A DNA stretch of 64,000 nucleotides from assembly GCA_964016885.1 (NCBI GenBank), contig OZ024745.1, positions 70,742,001 through 70,806,000 on the forward strand, given 5' to 3'. Position 1 is the stretch's first letter, and every line of letters starts with the position of its first letter. The translations under genes were made by a program, and so were the position numbers. The notes under the pieces are model-generated. The model worked only from the letters and a program-made list of their open reading frames with translations, ran no database searches and had not been told where the DNA came from. Origin of the DNA: Eledone cirrhosa (Eukaryota). Below, in pieces: positions 13,660-28,328 of this stretch.

Positions 13660-14137
13660 TATATGTGTATATGCATATATATATGTGTGTGTGCATGTGT
13701 GTTTGTGTGTGGGGGGGGGGGGGTCTGTGTGTGTGCGTGAATGTATGTACGAAGGCAAAAACACGTATAGGAATGCATAGAATTAAATAGACAAGGAGTA
13801 TAAAAGAAATTAGTATTCCTCACTCCTCGTCACTACTAAAAACAATTCCTAATGAATAGCGTAATTGTTTTGCTGACAAACGGTGATTAAATCACTGTAG
13901 TACTACTGATTATATTACCGGTTACATAGCTCAAAAACAAACCCACACGATCTTGTCTCTATTGATGGTTCAATCGCTCATATAGAAGATAACAATAAGA
14001 GTTGGGGAAACACTTCTTGTGGTACAGAATTGCAATACTTGTTTTACTCTGTTATAACTATCTACCTAAAAATTGCTCTTATTTATTGCACTGAGTGTTT
14101 ATTTGTCTGTCTGCCTATATATCTACCCGCTCATATG

Positions 14138-14274
<137 letters not shown>

Positions 14275-14339
14275 GAAAATGTATGACCCCGTACGCTGGT
14301 GCGTTACGGTCCATATGGTTCCTTACCACAACTCCTTCG

Positions 14340-14386
<47 letters not shown>

Positions 14387-15078
14387 ATTTGTAAATGCCA
14401 CCGCTTATACACAAACACTCACGGTTATGTAGTTAGAGTTCGTTGACATATTCACAAATCAACAAGTGAGACATATGAAAAAACGTATATAGATTTGGTG
14501 CATTATCTTACACTTGGGGCTGCGCTATTACTTTAGATATGTTCCGAACCCATCAAAGTGAGCTTTAAAAACTAGATTCATATTGCCTATAAATATATAA
14601 GCAGTTTATGTTCAAACCCCACCTAAGTCAACTTCGCGTTTCCTCCTTTCAAGATCGATAAAATAAATTCTTAGTCTAGGGATGTGTTATGGGTATATGT
14701 ATGCCCTGTTTCTTTTTATTTTTTTTTATGTTTTTTTTTTTTTTGGGGGGGGGGGGGGCTCTTTGTGTGGTCAGATCATGTTGTGATTACCTTTGGTTGT
14801 AGACTTAATCCCTCACCCGGTTTATCACCAACATCTGCCCTTTAGATAACTTTAGCGAAGTCCAGTCTGTTGTAACCATTCGATTTATGTGTCCGGTTAA
14901 AGCATACCTTGTTCACTCCGTCCTACAAGGCTTGGTGGAAGGCCGTGCAAAGAGTCATGTATACTGACTAAGCAGTGAAACGAAATGCAGTTATACATTC
15001 CCCAATGCTGTTACGGCTCACACATGAGTAGGTTCAGCTAGATTTCTCATAGGAGCCGCAGTTATACGGCTACAGCAG

Positions 15079-15114
15079 TCGACTGTATTGGAATCATGAT
15101 TCCAATACAGTCGA
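15079..15114. repeat. Perfect 36-bp palindrome
   Basis: TCGACTGTATTGGAATCA|TGATTCCAATACAGTCGA. Confidence 0.95.
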
Positions 15115-15646
15115 TATTTAAACCATATACGAATACTGTGGCCTTTCTGGTTTTGCAGTTAACATCTCTGTAGGTTAAAAAGACTCCTATAAAGTTACAT
15201 CTCATAGTATTTGTTGGTATATTTTAGATTTTAGGGTTAGGAACCGCAAGCCTATCATGAATCTAGCATATTCGGTATATAAACCAAATAGCAGGTGTGT
15301 AATTGGGGTCGGCTTAGGTATTTCGTATCGAATACACCAGATCGTCTATATATATGTTCTGGCATATGACCTTGTGTGTATTAAAATCACCAATATCCAC
15401 CTCATCATACACATATTGATCATATTGATCTTAATTAATGAAACAACCATGTTGAAAATTTACCTGTTCGACAACATTATTCCCGGCTATATTAACTTAC
15501 GTGTTCGGTGATTACAATTAATTAACTGAATTATTATTAAGTATTGACTTTAAACTCATATTAATGTAAAATCTTTCATTAAATTTCCTGTAGATGTCAC
15601 GTATCTCACACCCCATGTACCAGACAAGTTTACCTTATATATTGGA

Positions 15647-15677
<31 letters not shown>

Positions 15678-16447
15678 ATCTATCTATCTATCTGTCTATC
15701 TATCTCTTTATCTATCTATCTATATATCTCTCTAGCTCTGTACGTACACATGTATGTATGTATAAATATGTTCAAGCATATATATATATATGTAATTGTT
15801 TTTACGCAACTATAAATGTCTATGTAGGTGGGTGCCTACATGTATGTACGTATGATCATATTGTCGCCTATATGAAAGCAGATATTTAGAACGTCTAGAT
15901 ATTTATTGGCTGGACACTCGATACATGTGATTTGAGTTTTATTTTTAGAAGAAAAATGTGGCACCTTAGACCGTAATAGGGCAGATACCATCGAATTGTT
16001 TGAAGCAAGCAAAGCACTCGGCGGTATGAAAAGTTAATACATTTCTCGCACAGAGTTAACATATAACGTTATATAAGTGTGACACCATGGATATATCGAC
16101 TAGTTGTATATAGCCATAGTATAATAACCACAACAATGACAAATACGGACGGGAAAAAGACTAATCTAGACCCGTTCGAAACCGGTTTGATCCGGTTTCT
16201 GCAACTCCGAGAAAATTATATTACCAGTTGCAATATCCATATGCAAGCCGTAAGTGAAATATATATATATATATATATATATATTTAGTATATTAGATAT
16301 TCATGTAGCCCCGATTAAGCTCGATCAAGCAAGCCCTAAGAAGGTGATATAATGAATGTCCATTGTTACTGAATAATTTCGTTGTCGAGGAGGAAAGCAA
16401 TTCGAGACGAAAGGTCAAACTAAATTCTTAAGAAAATTTTACAGAAT

Positions 16448-16535
<88 letters not shown>

Positions 16536-16560
16536 GATAGATAGATAGATAGATAGATAT

Positions 16561-16603
<43 letters not shown>

Positions 16604-16850
16604 TAATGTGTGTGTGTGTACACACAGTTATAGTAGGCGACAATATTTATTTTCTTAAACTGGTATCTTTCTAACACTTCTTAATTCATTCTTATTCCTG
16701 CTTTAAAAAAAACTATTTAGTACATGAGTAAAATGATATAACTACAATAGTAATCAAGTTTGGGCCAATAGCAATCAAGAATTGCCAAACTAGAAGCTTA
16801 CCTTTACTTTCCATTCTACTTTCTTGTCAATCCTAATCAGTATAAGTACA

Positions 16851-17036
16851 ATAATTGTTTCTACTTTAAGCACAGGGCCACCAATTACCCAGTTCATTAC
16901 TGGTACTTTATTTTATCGACCCCGTAAGGATGAAAGGCAAAGTCAACCTCGGCGGGATTTGAACTCAGATCGTAAAGGACGTATCTATGCTGGAAAGCAT
17001 GGCGTCCGACCCTCTACCGATACTGCCAATCCACCG
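16851..17036 (-). mobile_element. tRNA-derived SINE family A, full length
   Basis: Near-identical to the reverse complement of 27844-28031 and 52215-52407. Confidence 0.9.
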
Positions 17037-17151
17037 TACAATAATGACGACAATAATACTCTTTTCAACGTTGTTCTTTATGCAGCTTTATTTTATGTTG
17101 CCTTTTATTTTATGTAGCATCTAGCTATATATACTATATATACAAATATAG

Positions 17152-17410
17152 TTGAGTGATGAAGAAGTTCGCGTCGTAATTATGGGTCATGTGTTTGATC
17201 TCACAGCGTTCCATTTGTGGGCAAGACAGTTTACCATAGCCTCAGATAGACGCCTGCCTTATACGTGAAATTAAATAAACGGAAACTATGAGGAAGTTCG
17301 TTGGATGGATTGTATTCGTAATTTAAAGGTCCAGTTTTGTCACATATCCTGCCACACTGACTCAAACTCGTCAATTAGGTTAAGTGTACACGTAACTGTG
17401 AAATACTCAA
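17152..17410 (+). mobile_element. Diverged tRNA-SINE
   Basis: gagtgatgaagaagttcgc...gtttgatc...gggcaag...ccatagcc head and body motifs. Confidence 0.5.
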
Positions 17411-17684
17411 ACGACTAAATGCTCAACTATGAAAGCTATGGAAGATCCATTATATACAAAATCACCTGAGATGATCAGGCATCCTATCCTAGAGAGAATT
17501 ATCTCTGAATTTTTTAAGGCCATAAAACAACAGGATCAAAGCAAGTGAATGGGTTGGGAGCGGTCCTACCAAGTCAGTGAACCTGCTAAAAATAACAACA
17601 CGCATCATAGTATCCTTTAAATAGTCATTAGCGCTATAATTGCACTTCCCAATGTGGTTGTTGGGTTACTGTCCTACTCCCACA

Positions 17685-17893
17685 CACCATCATCATCATT
17701 ATCATCACCATCGTCATAATACTCATCATTATCATTATCATTATCATTATCATCATCATCCGCATCACAAGCATCATCGTCATCATCATAATCATCAACC
17801 ATATCATTCTCATCCAGATCTCCCTCATCACCATCGTCGTTACCATCATCTTCCTCATCACTATCATTGACATCATTATTTTCATCTTCATCA
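17685..17893. repeat. Imperfect (CAT)n microsatellite
   Basis: Directly visible; source of the poly-His and poly-Met ORFs. Confidence 0.9.
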
Positions 17894-18195
17894 ATTACTA
17901 CTGGATAATAAGATTATACTTTAGTCCGCTTTAATTTAATGATGCTTAAATTCTTTTAACTTTATACGCCATTTTGATGAAACTGTGTTATCTTCATTAT
18001 CTTTGCTTGATAATTAATAGTGTTGGATACTAATTAATACATTTAGTATTCCAGAAAAGTAATTGGATCACAATTCTCAATGAAACACTTATTATGATAT
18101 GCGTAAACAATAATATATAATTCATAATAACTTATTAGTAATAACTTTAGCAGGTCGTTGTAACGCTTTCCACTTCTTGACATATCACTTATTTT

Positions 18196-18277
<82 letters not shown>

Positions 18278-18324
18278 GTATGTATGTATAAATGTATGTA
18301 TGTGTATGTATGTATGTGTGTATG

Positions 18325-18586
18325 TTTGTGCAGTGCCTTTGCTCACTATAAAAGCTTCACGGCACAGGCATTGCTTTATATCTGGAGATCTCTCTGCACT
18401 TGTCGTCACATGGTACCATGGGCCCAGCACTATGTGTCAATAATTGTCGCAAGTGTAGTGTCTGTACCAGAGTTTTCAAGTCGCTGGCTGGACTAAAAAG
18501 TCACACTCGTTCAGCGCATCGGTAGGGGTTCTCCTACATGGATATAAAGTAGTGGCCGTACTCGAAAACGAGTTGGCAGCCACCAT
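18325..18586 (+). mobile_element. RTE-like 3' end with C2H2 zinc finger, copy 1
   Basis: 18454-18525 encodes [23 protein letters not shown]; short 3' UTR then microsatellite tail; near-identical to 25374-25635. Confidence 0.75.
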
Positions 18587-18603
18587 GTATGTATGTATGT
18601 ATG

Positions 18604-18693
<90 letters not shown>

Positions 18694-18757
18694 TATATAC
18701 ATATATTTATATATGTATGTATGTATAAATGTGTGTATGTGTGTATGTATGTATGTG

Positions 18758-18831
<74 letters not shown>

Positions 18832-19029
18832 GTGTTGTCATAAGTATGGCCACTACCTTTGGTCATTTTTTTTGATGCCACACTTTATTAACTTTTGTTC
18901 TTACTACGGACGATAATGTATTAACTTCTGGAGTGCTTTGTGATTGCCTCAAACAATTCGATTACTACCTTCTACATTGCGCTTACAACTACAACTTCGA
19001 TTCATATACAATATCATATATATATATGT

Positions 19030-19287
19030 ATATCACCTTTATATCACCTTGACCGACCAGTCTGTCGGGCGCCAATCGGGGGTCCGCTCGTCACAGCACG
19101 TCGTGCTGTTTTAGCCATAAGATAACGCCATCCCACTGGCTGGGCGGGCAGGCCGGTACTCATTTCTACAGCTGAGTAAACTGGAGCAACGTGAAATAAA
19201 GTGTCTTGCTCAAGGAAACAACACATCACCCGGTCCGAGAATTGAACTCACAACCTTTCGATTGCAAGCCCAATGCTCTAACCACTA
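19030..19287 (-). mobile_element. tRNA-SINE family B with GC-rich tail
   Basis: gagcaacgtgaaataaagtgtcttgctcaagg...aattgaactcacaacc...ctctaaccact is the reverse complement of the head and core at 44056-44174. Confidence 0.85.
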
Positions 19288-19427
19288 TTAAAGCTGATCC
19301 AGTAAATTCTTACTCTGGTGATTCCCCCATGTGTTACATGTTCCCATGATTCTGTTATCTTATGTTATTCTATGGTAAAACATTTACTGTATATAAACAC
19401 CTTTTTCCATCTTCTAAACATTTTTCA

Positions 19428-19561
19428 ATTTTTTGTTTTATCGACGCCGGAAGGATGAAAGACAAAGTTGACCTTGACAAGATTCGAATGTAAAAATCCA
19501 GAACAAATACCGCAATCGTTTTTCATCTGACGACATTCTACGAATTCTACCAATCCACCGC
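19428..19561 (-). mobile_element. Diverged SINE family A
   Basis: ttttatcgacgccggaaggatgaaagacaaagttgacc...ctaccaatccaccgc. Confidence 0.75.
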
Positions 19562-20753
19562 AATTATTTATTTGCATATTGACGATATTACATTACAATG
19601 TATATTAGTTATGGATACTGCCTGGGTTCGTGCCAATATTAAATCTTTAGCGGTCAAACGGACATTGTATATCTTATGTCTAAACATAATTTCAGCAGCC
19701 ATTAAATTGTTTACAAACGGCTATACATATATTTATAAATAGATTAGGCTGTGAAAATGACTATAATTCTTAAAATGACCTAGCCTAGTAAGAGATGGGC
19801 ACCACAGTGTTTAAAATGTCACACGACCAGGAGTTATGAGTCCATACATATATTAGTGTTTGAAATCAATATTAGGGCCACCAGATAATTCCTATAGTCC
19901 CGACATAAGCTGCTATATGTAGTCACTGCATGTACTCAGATGGACTTCACTATTTATCAATTCGTTGAGAAATCGCAGATGTGTGAAATCTAAACAAAAG
20001 AAAATGTATTTGATTATATTCCAACTGAGATTAACGGTATTAATGGAGATATTTCTTCCTAGCTATCTGAGAAAGAAAATTTTGTATTTTTAGTTTGATA
20101 AATGATTATTTACTTTTATAGTAAGCATATTAACTAACAATGTCGGGTACTAATCTATGTTGGTGCCTTGAAGTTTATGCAAACGTCTGCAAGAATTTGT
20201 ATCACATATTCGTTTTATTTATTTAAGTATTCTTTCTTTTCAATCAATTGATTTTAAATCTATTGTATAAACGATTATATGTGGGAAATTATAGGACAAA
20301 ATAATTATCTGCACTGGTGTGAACATTTGTGAGCATATGTGTTTATGGAGCTAACTGTCTGACTGGTTATATATTTCTAATTCATCAGTCTCCATATTTT
20401 GACCGGCCAATTGTAACGAGCCGACGACATATGAGACTGCTATATAAGTATTATTACAAATGTATTGTCTACATTTCAACAGTTCTTTTCAAATAACTGC
20501 AGCTGAAACATGGCGTTTCAATTGAATAAAATCTCAGCACAGTGTCTCGTTCACTATGTATATATACCATTGTATTTTAATCATCTACAATATATATTTT
20601 TCTGAAACCCCTTTCTTTCAACATATTCCATCAGTTTTCGTTAATATTAATGATATTCATTGTACAGATAAAATATAATTAAAATTCAGACATGCAATAT
20701 CGCCGTTATTTAGTCGGAGATATTTTTCTTTTATATTTACCAGAAAATACATT

Positions 20754-20821
<68 letters not shown>

Positions 20822-20901
20822 GCGGGTGTATGTATGTTTATCTAGTTATGTATGAAAATCGAAATTCTTGCATTGGTTATACACTTATATCTACGTGTGT
20901 A

Positions 20902-20945
<44 letters not shown>

Positions 20946-21051
20946 TATCTTTCCTTCTCTCTCCTTCTTCCCTACTTTTCTCTCTTCCTGTTCCACTCTA
21001 TATTCCCCAACAACCCCACTTAAGGGTTTTTACATTGTACATTTACCATTC

Positions 21052-21163
21052 TGCTCTGAGGAAACAGTGGTCACAGTATTGGATATTCGAGTTCTGCAAA
21101 TACTTGTGAATTTACACGTAGCGGAACTAGGCTACAGTACCACCGTGGAAACACTTGTAAGCA
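21052..21163 (+). ncRNA. Type-I hammerhead ribozyme with long stem II insert
   Basis: TGCT-CTGAGGA-aACaGTGGT...ACCACcGTg-GAAA-CACTTG-TA-AGCA then AATAAA; element 20943-21213 is bounded by (TA)n on both sides. Confidence 0.7.
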
Positions 21164-21210
21164 CACGGAATAAATTACCTTTTTATGATGTCTACCTGTT
21201 ATTATTCATT

Positions 21211-21647
<437 letters not shown>

Positions 21648-21779
21648 ATTGTTCTGCATCCCCATGCATTGAACCACAAAGTTACTAAGACAAAACCTAT
21701 ATATTTGCTGGCATAGGTATGCATCTGTATATATATGTTGGTAGATATACTAATTCTTTATAATATATATATATATATG

Positions 21780-21852
<73 letters not shown>

Positions 21853-22031
21853 TTATTATTATTAGGGCTAAAAAGTGTGGCTTGTAATCTAGTGTTTCAC
21901 CTGTTGAGATAGGTGAAACTCCAGAGTAACGAGACTCACTTTTTACCCTTAATAGTAATGAATATTAAAATTCTAATTCGGTATTGATTACTCCTTTCTC
22001 TCAGCCGTCAGCAACATACGGATATTAATAA

Positions 22032-22150
<119 letters not shown>

Positions 22151-22967
22151 CATATATCACTGCAGATTGTTATTTCAGTTATTCTGCATATACATCTATT
22201 TCGGCATATTTAGTTGATATACGAAATTACGGGTCCAAATTTCCGTCGAAGTCAACTTTTCCCTTCATCATTTCGGAGTCGATAAATATAGTAGCAGTCT
22301 ATGGACGGTTCATTGGCGGAATTGCTAAACATTTGGACGGTTACCTGGCTTTGTGCGTTCTGAGTTCAAATTCCGTCACATGTTCTTGGAAAGGTGACCG
22401 GCAGATAGTATCAGCAAAAGAAAGATCAATAGAAACACTGAATCAGTGTTCTGGTCTAACTATAAAAAGAAGTTTTCACTTAATAAATGTGTCACAAATT
22501 GGGTCTGTGGGTGTGCCAAATTACAAACTACAAGCGTTTAAGTCAGTATGTTGTACCTTATGCAATAACCATTCTCAATGTATGACTATGTATCGTTATG
22601 AAAAATATCTAATATTTACCGTGGAAAAAAGCTGAAATGATGTGTGTTAAATATTTGCAAAATAAACATAGTATAAAAAATGATATATCTCCATTTCAAA
22701 AATAAGAATTGGCTTCTCAATTTGGCTTATATTGAACCCTAACAAGTGCAGGCAGAGAATGTTTGTCAAATATCTCTCAGTATTTCGATGAACATTTTCT
22801 GAATTTAGTTTGTTGACACTATTAGCAATAGAAATATATATTTCTCTTCTTACAATTAAGACATTTTCGAAACAGATCATGTTATGGACGATAGAATTTC
22901 ATTGTTCATTAAATGTTGCAAAAATGGAAAAACCACTGGCATTCACAAGGAAAACTCTCATTGATAG

Positions 22968-23049
<82 letters not shown>

Positions 23050-23559
23050 ATGTTTTATAACACCTTTATACACTTCTTTCCATTTACAATTTTTTTTTTC
23101 TCTTATCTGAAGTACTATAAATGCTCTTTAGTTAATTTGTAAAGAATGAACACAAATTAAATATTGCTGACGTAAAGGTTGAATTTTGAATAATGAAAAG
23201 ATATGTTGAAATTCTTGTTTAGTATGGCTTGCCAACAACGATGTGGGAGTATTTCAAGAGGGGGTTCCCCCTATGACATCAAGAAAGAATCTCAAGCAAG
23301 CCATACAAATATAGTTGTTTTTTTTACGTCATTTCCCGCTGTTGAATCTTCAATAGATATTAGCAAAAATAAATGAATTGTAAAACATATGGACAGAAAG
23401 TCTGCGACAATACAATATATGCACGTACACACATACATGCATATATACATACACACATACATACGCACACATATATACGTGCATACATAAATATATACAT
23501 ACATACGAACATACGTACATACATACATACATACATACATACATACATACATACATACA

Positions 23560-23590
<31 letters not shown>

Positions 23591-24185
23591 GTGCATACAT
23601 ACATATATATAAACATACGTGCTTGCATGCATACAAACAGCGTGTATCGAAATGATTGAATTGTAAATTATTTTATATTTCTTTGCGCAATAATGCTTTC
23701 AGAATATTCGATTTCATGTCAAAAATGTTCATTTCTTTACGCGCTTGCACCCTCATTACGTGCACATATTAATTGTACGATTCAATAATTTTGTGTAAAA
23801 ATGTCGTGACATACTACCAGTATTCCATTGGAATAAATTAAGATTCTTTCGTGGGAAGACATAATAAAATATGAAGATTAGCTGATAGACGGATCGATTT
23901 CTTGTAATTCTCAGCCTTTGTTCAATTTTTTTTTTTAAATCTACCTTTGAATCGAGTGAAGCAATCCTCATTGAAGCTGTCAAGAAACATCTGAAAATTT
24001 AGAAATTGATCCCATTAACAAAATTAGTGTTGTATTCCTAACTAAAAACATTTCTAGGTTTAAACCAATGTGGTAATATTCCATATAAAACAGTTTACAA
24101 GTTATCGCGTTTCAATTAAGAACTCCTAACCAAACATTTTATATCTATTTGACCCATTAGAAATTTTACTCTTTCTCTTTCACTT

Positions 24186-24220
<35 letters not shown>

Positions 24221-24687
24221 AATGTGTGTGTGTGTGTGTGTGTTCATGTGTTCATATATCACTCTGTGTGTGTGTGTGTGTGCACGTATATATGGATTTC
24301 TTTATCGATTTGTTTTGTTCGAACTGCTATATTACGATACAAATCTATGCAGTAAATGTATATATATTGAATTGGAAGATTTCGCAGTAATTTTGACTAA
24401 ATAAAATGGTTTGATAGTAACAGGACTAAAAAGTGGGAAAAGTTTGTCATCGATATATATTTATAATGTTGAACAATAAAGCAAATAGGACACAGTTTAG
24501 AAATTAATTAATCCATTGTTTTACGATCGTTTCAAAGGGCAAAATAAGCAAAAGAGTCTATCGATACACCGCTTAATCGACAGCAGTGTTAGATTCGATA
24601 AAATACATCCTGTCAGCCATCCAATAATTGCAATATAACCGAATATATATATAGGGAGATACATGCACACACACACGCACACACACA

Positions 24688-24818
<131 letters not shown>

Positions 24819-24820
24819 CA

Positions 24821-24855
<35 letters not shown>

Positions 24856-25046
24856 CAGTACATATATATATATGTATATATATATAAATTTAAACGATAT
24901 ACAAAAAGACTTCCATATATCTAGTCGAGAAATTGTTTGTATATCGTTTGAATTTGTATGAATTTTGCTCTGAGCTAAATGTTCATCGAGCGTTCTTTGT
25001 TGAGTAACATAATCGATATATATTTTATATGTATAGATTTGACCTA

Positions 25047-25158
<112 letters not shown>

Positions 25159-25164
25159 CGGATC

Positions 25165-25204
25165 CCGAGCTGAAGATCCGCGAAGGTGAAACAATTGTTC
25201 TCGG
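25165..25204 (+). ncRNA. Minimal type-I hammerhead ribozyme, best-formed copy in the window
   Basis: CCGAG-CTGAAGA-T CC gcgaa GG T-GAAA-CAATTG-TT-CTCGG: 5-bp stem I, palindromic ACAATTGT stem III, GUU site; directly after (TA)n. Confidence 0.8.
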
Positions 25205-25249
25205 TATGGTGAACTAACTGTTGTGTAACCACTTGTATATATATAATTG

Positions 25250-25631
25250 TCAAGGCAGAATTCTAGGAGAAGGAAAACTCTGATATAACACCTGCAACCC
25301 TGATGGTATCCAATGATGTTGACTTGTTCTTCTTTTTGGTAACTATCATCTTGGTTAAGAGAGTGGGACTGGCTTTGTGCAGTGCCTTTGCTCACTATAA
25401 AAGCTTCACGGCACAGGCATTGCTTTATATCTGGAGATCTCTCTGCACTTGTCCTCACATGGTACCATGGGCCCAGCACTATGTGTCAATAATTGTCACA
25501 AGTGTAGTGTTTGTACCAGAGTTTTCAAGTCGCTGGCTGGACTAAAAAGTCACACTCGTTCAGCGCATCGGTAGGGCTTCTCCTACATGGATATAAAGTA
25601 GTGGCCGTACTCGAAAACGAGTTGGCAGCCA

Positions 25632-25635
<4 letters not shown>
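25250..25635 (+). mobile_element. Short RTE-derived element with C2H2 3' end, copy 2 (longer)
   Basis: 25503-25574 encodes [23 protein letters not shown]; (TA)n tail; 5' part contains ctaggagaaggaaaactctg, which resembles RTE 5' UTR motifs. Confidence 0.75.
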
Positions 25636-25719
<84 letters not shown>

Positions 25720-27168
25720 TCGTATATAGATATAAAAACAACTTTGTGCAGAGAACGCTATTATTGGTTGTTTCAGTAAACTGTTTACTTCCTCCACTGT
25801 TATTTCCTCACGTTTACCTTATAATTCGATCAATCCAATTTCCAATATCTGTTCATTGTTTTACTTTAGATATTGAACTCTGATTGAACCATCGGCTGTT
25901 CACTCATCTTTACAGATGGTGTTCATATCGTTGCTTTCCTATCAATACCAAATCCTGTGCATTTACTTCAGTTAATCTCTCTACTTCAAATCACTATATG
26001 CAATTCAATAATTCTCCTCTTTATTGTTCACTCGTCTATGTAAAGGGAAATGCAATGCTATTATTACGGTCGTTTGTCTTAGCTCGAACGCAGAACTTAC
26101 GTTTTTCTTCCCCTTGTTTATTTTTGTTTACGTTTTCGTTGATCGTTTTTTTTTTTTTTGTTATTTGTTGTTGTTGTTTAATTTAATATACTAGTTATGG
26201 TTCGGTTATCATCTATTAGCGAATTCATTAATCGCTTGTTCAGTACGTTTTGTTTTTGGTTTCCGTTTTTCTCGTGGTTAAATAAGATGTCTGTGGTTCA
26301 ATAATAATTATCTCTATTTGTTGATGTTGTTCAGTGATGTATTTATAACCAGGACAGCTGTATTCACTTCGAATGTTGAAATAGTATGTCTGTCCGTCTG
26401 TCCTCATACACCAAGCAATTATTATTACACACTGTAAAGGAAGCATGCCTAGCTTCTTGTCTAAACGAACAACTTCATTCAAGTTGCAGCTGAGAAGTGA
26501 ATTACAAATGAAATTACGTATATTTTAACACATCAAATTATTCATTTGTCATTTTTTATTTGAAACCTTTGTTCTGCGGTATGTTGAAAATCATTTCCTG
26601 GCGTGATGCCATGTTATGTCATGGTTTCCTTGAAACTATCATTGCCCATCATCCTAGGTTTAAAACTAGTCTGATGACCAGAGATGTTTGTATTATACGC
26701 ACTTTCTACCATGGTATTTCATGGTTAGAAATTACTTAGTAACTCAGTATATTATTTAACGTTTTCTAAATGGAACAACTTTCATTTTTGCAACCATAGT
26801 GGTGTCCTCTGTTTAGTGAAACACTGATTTTACTTGTCACATCATTTTTTAGGAAATATTTATGAGATATATAACTTCTGATGTGAACGCGAAAAGCTTC
26901 GAAGATCGATTAAAGATATCCATCATTTCTTCGATTTGAAGGGAAACATACGAATTTCACATGTTTGCATATCTAGATACTCAATGTGCTATATAGACAT
27001 TCATGCGTTCTTGTATACATACAGATATAAATTCATCATATATATATATATACATACAACATACATACATAGATACATACGTACAACATACATACGTGTA
27101 TACATACATGCATACAAACACGCATACAAACATGCATACATACATGCACATACACACACACACATACA

Positions 27169-27373
<205 letters not shown>

Positions 27374-27377
27374 CAAT

Positions 27378-27629
27378 GAGTATCAAAGTATCACCATTAA
27401 GTTTATTCAAGTGTGACGCACGTTTCACGATTGATCAGTTCGAGTTTCGATCTGTATCGATTGTGCTCGATTCTGGAATCAATAGCTCATCAGACTCTAG
27501 GAAACCACAAGTCTGATGAGGTATTGATTCCAGAATCTGGCACGATCGATACAGATCGAAACTTGAGCTGACCAATCGCGAAACGTGCGCCACGCGTGAA
27601 TAAACTTAATAGTGATACTTTGACACCTC
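27378..27629. mobile_element. Fold-back element (arms 27378-27496 / 27510-27629) made of two divergent long-stem-II hammerhead motifs
   Basis: Minus: GT-CTGATGA-GCtATTGAT...ATCAATcGT-GAAA-CGTGCG-TC-AC; plus copy starts at 27513; both are followed by AATAAA. Confidence 0.8.
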
Positions 27630-27843
27630 GTTTCTACCCATTATCAGTATTAACACTCTGGTTTTGAAGAAGACAAACCATAGTATAACACCAAATGTAC
27701 AATTTCAATAATATCATACCATAAATCAGCTCAAATATGCTTTATACAGGCTAAAATCTGTATTTTGAAGAGCATTATTTATTCAAAATTGTATTCAAGT
27801 TCAATACTTAAGTATATTACTATTAATATTAATAATATAACAA

Positions 27844-28031
27844 GGTGGTGGATTGGCAGTATCGGTAGAGGGTCGCACGCCATGCTTTCCAGCATAGTTA
27901 CGTCCCTTTACGATCTGAGTTCAAATCCCGCCGAGGTTGACTTTGCCTTTCATCCTTACGGGGTCGATAAAATAAAGTACCAGTAATGCACTGGATAATT
28001 GCTGGCCTTGTGCCTAAAGTAAAAACAATAT
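27844..28031 (+). mobile_element. tRNA-derived SINE family A, full length
   Basis: A-box TGGCAGTATCGG, B-box GAGTTCAAATCC, then gcctttcatccttacggggtcgataaaataaagtaccag (resembles the Nin/Deu central domain). Confidence 0.9.
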
Positions 28032-28106
28032 TAATAATATAACAAGCAAAGAAATATATTTTAGGAAAAAATATAAATTTACCTACAAAACTTCCATACT
28101 GCAGAG

Positions 28107-28328
28107 AGATAGTGAGTGAGGGGCGGTGAGAGATGGTGTGAGAGACATGGTGATAGTGAGTGAGTGGCGGTGAGAAATGGTGTGAGAGACAGAGAGATAG
28201 TGAGTGAGGGGCGGTGAGAAATGGTGTGAGAGACATGGTGATAGTGAGTGAGGGGCGGTGAGAAATGGTGTGAGAGACATGGTGATAGTGAGTGAGGGGC
28301 GGTGAGAAATGGTGTGAGAGACATGGTG
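28107..28328. repeat. Minisatellite, about 44-bp unit x5
   Basis: gatagtgagtgaggggcggtgagaaatggtgtgagagacatggt repeated. Confidence 0.95.

Noticed and set aside
18454-18525. Host C2H2 zinc-finger gene exon
   Set aside because: Single finger, no TGEKP linker, duplicated with a microsatellite tail; better explained as a retroelement 3' end
20360-20392. Minus-strand CTGATGA-ATTA-GAAA-TATATA
   Set aside because: No stem II pair and no stem I; compatible with chance in AT-rich DNA
26671-26735. CTGATGA box (similar isolated boxes at 5149, 49484 and 56925)
   Set aside because: No correctly placed stem II plus GAAA plus NUH
27844-27935. A-box and B-box suggesting a tRNA gene (also at 44056)
   Set aside because: No cloverleaf; the boxes continue into a multi-copy SINE body
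28107-28328. Regular repeat that might suggest a CRISPR array
   Set aside because: Head-to-tail units with no unique spacers, no cas genes, and a eukaryotic context
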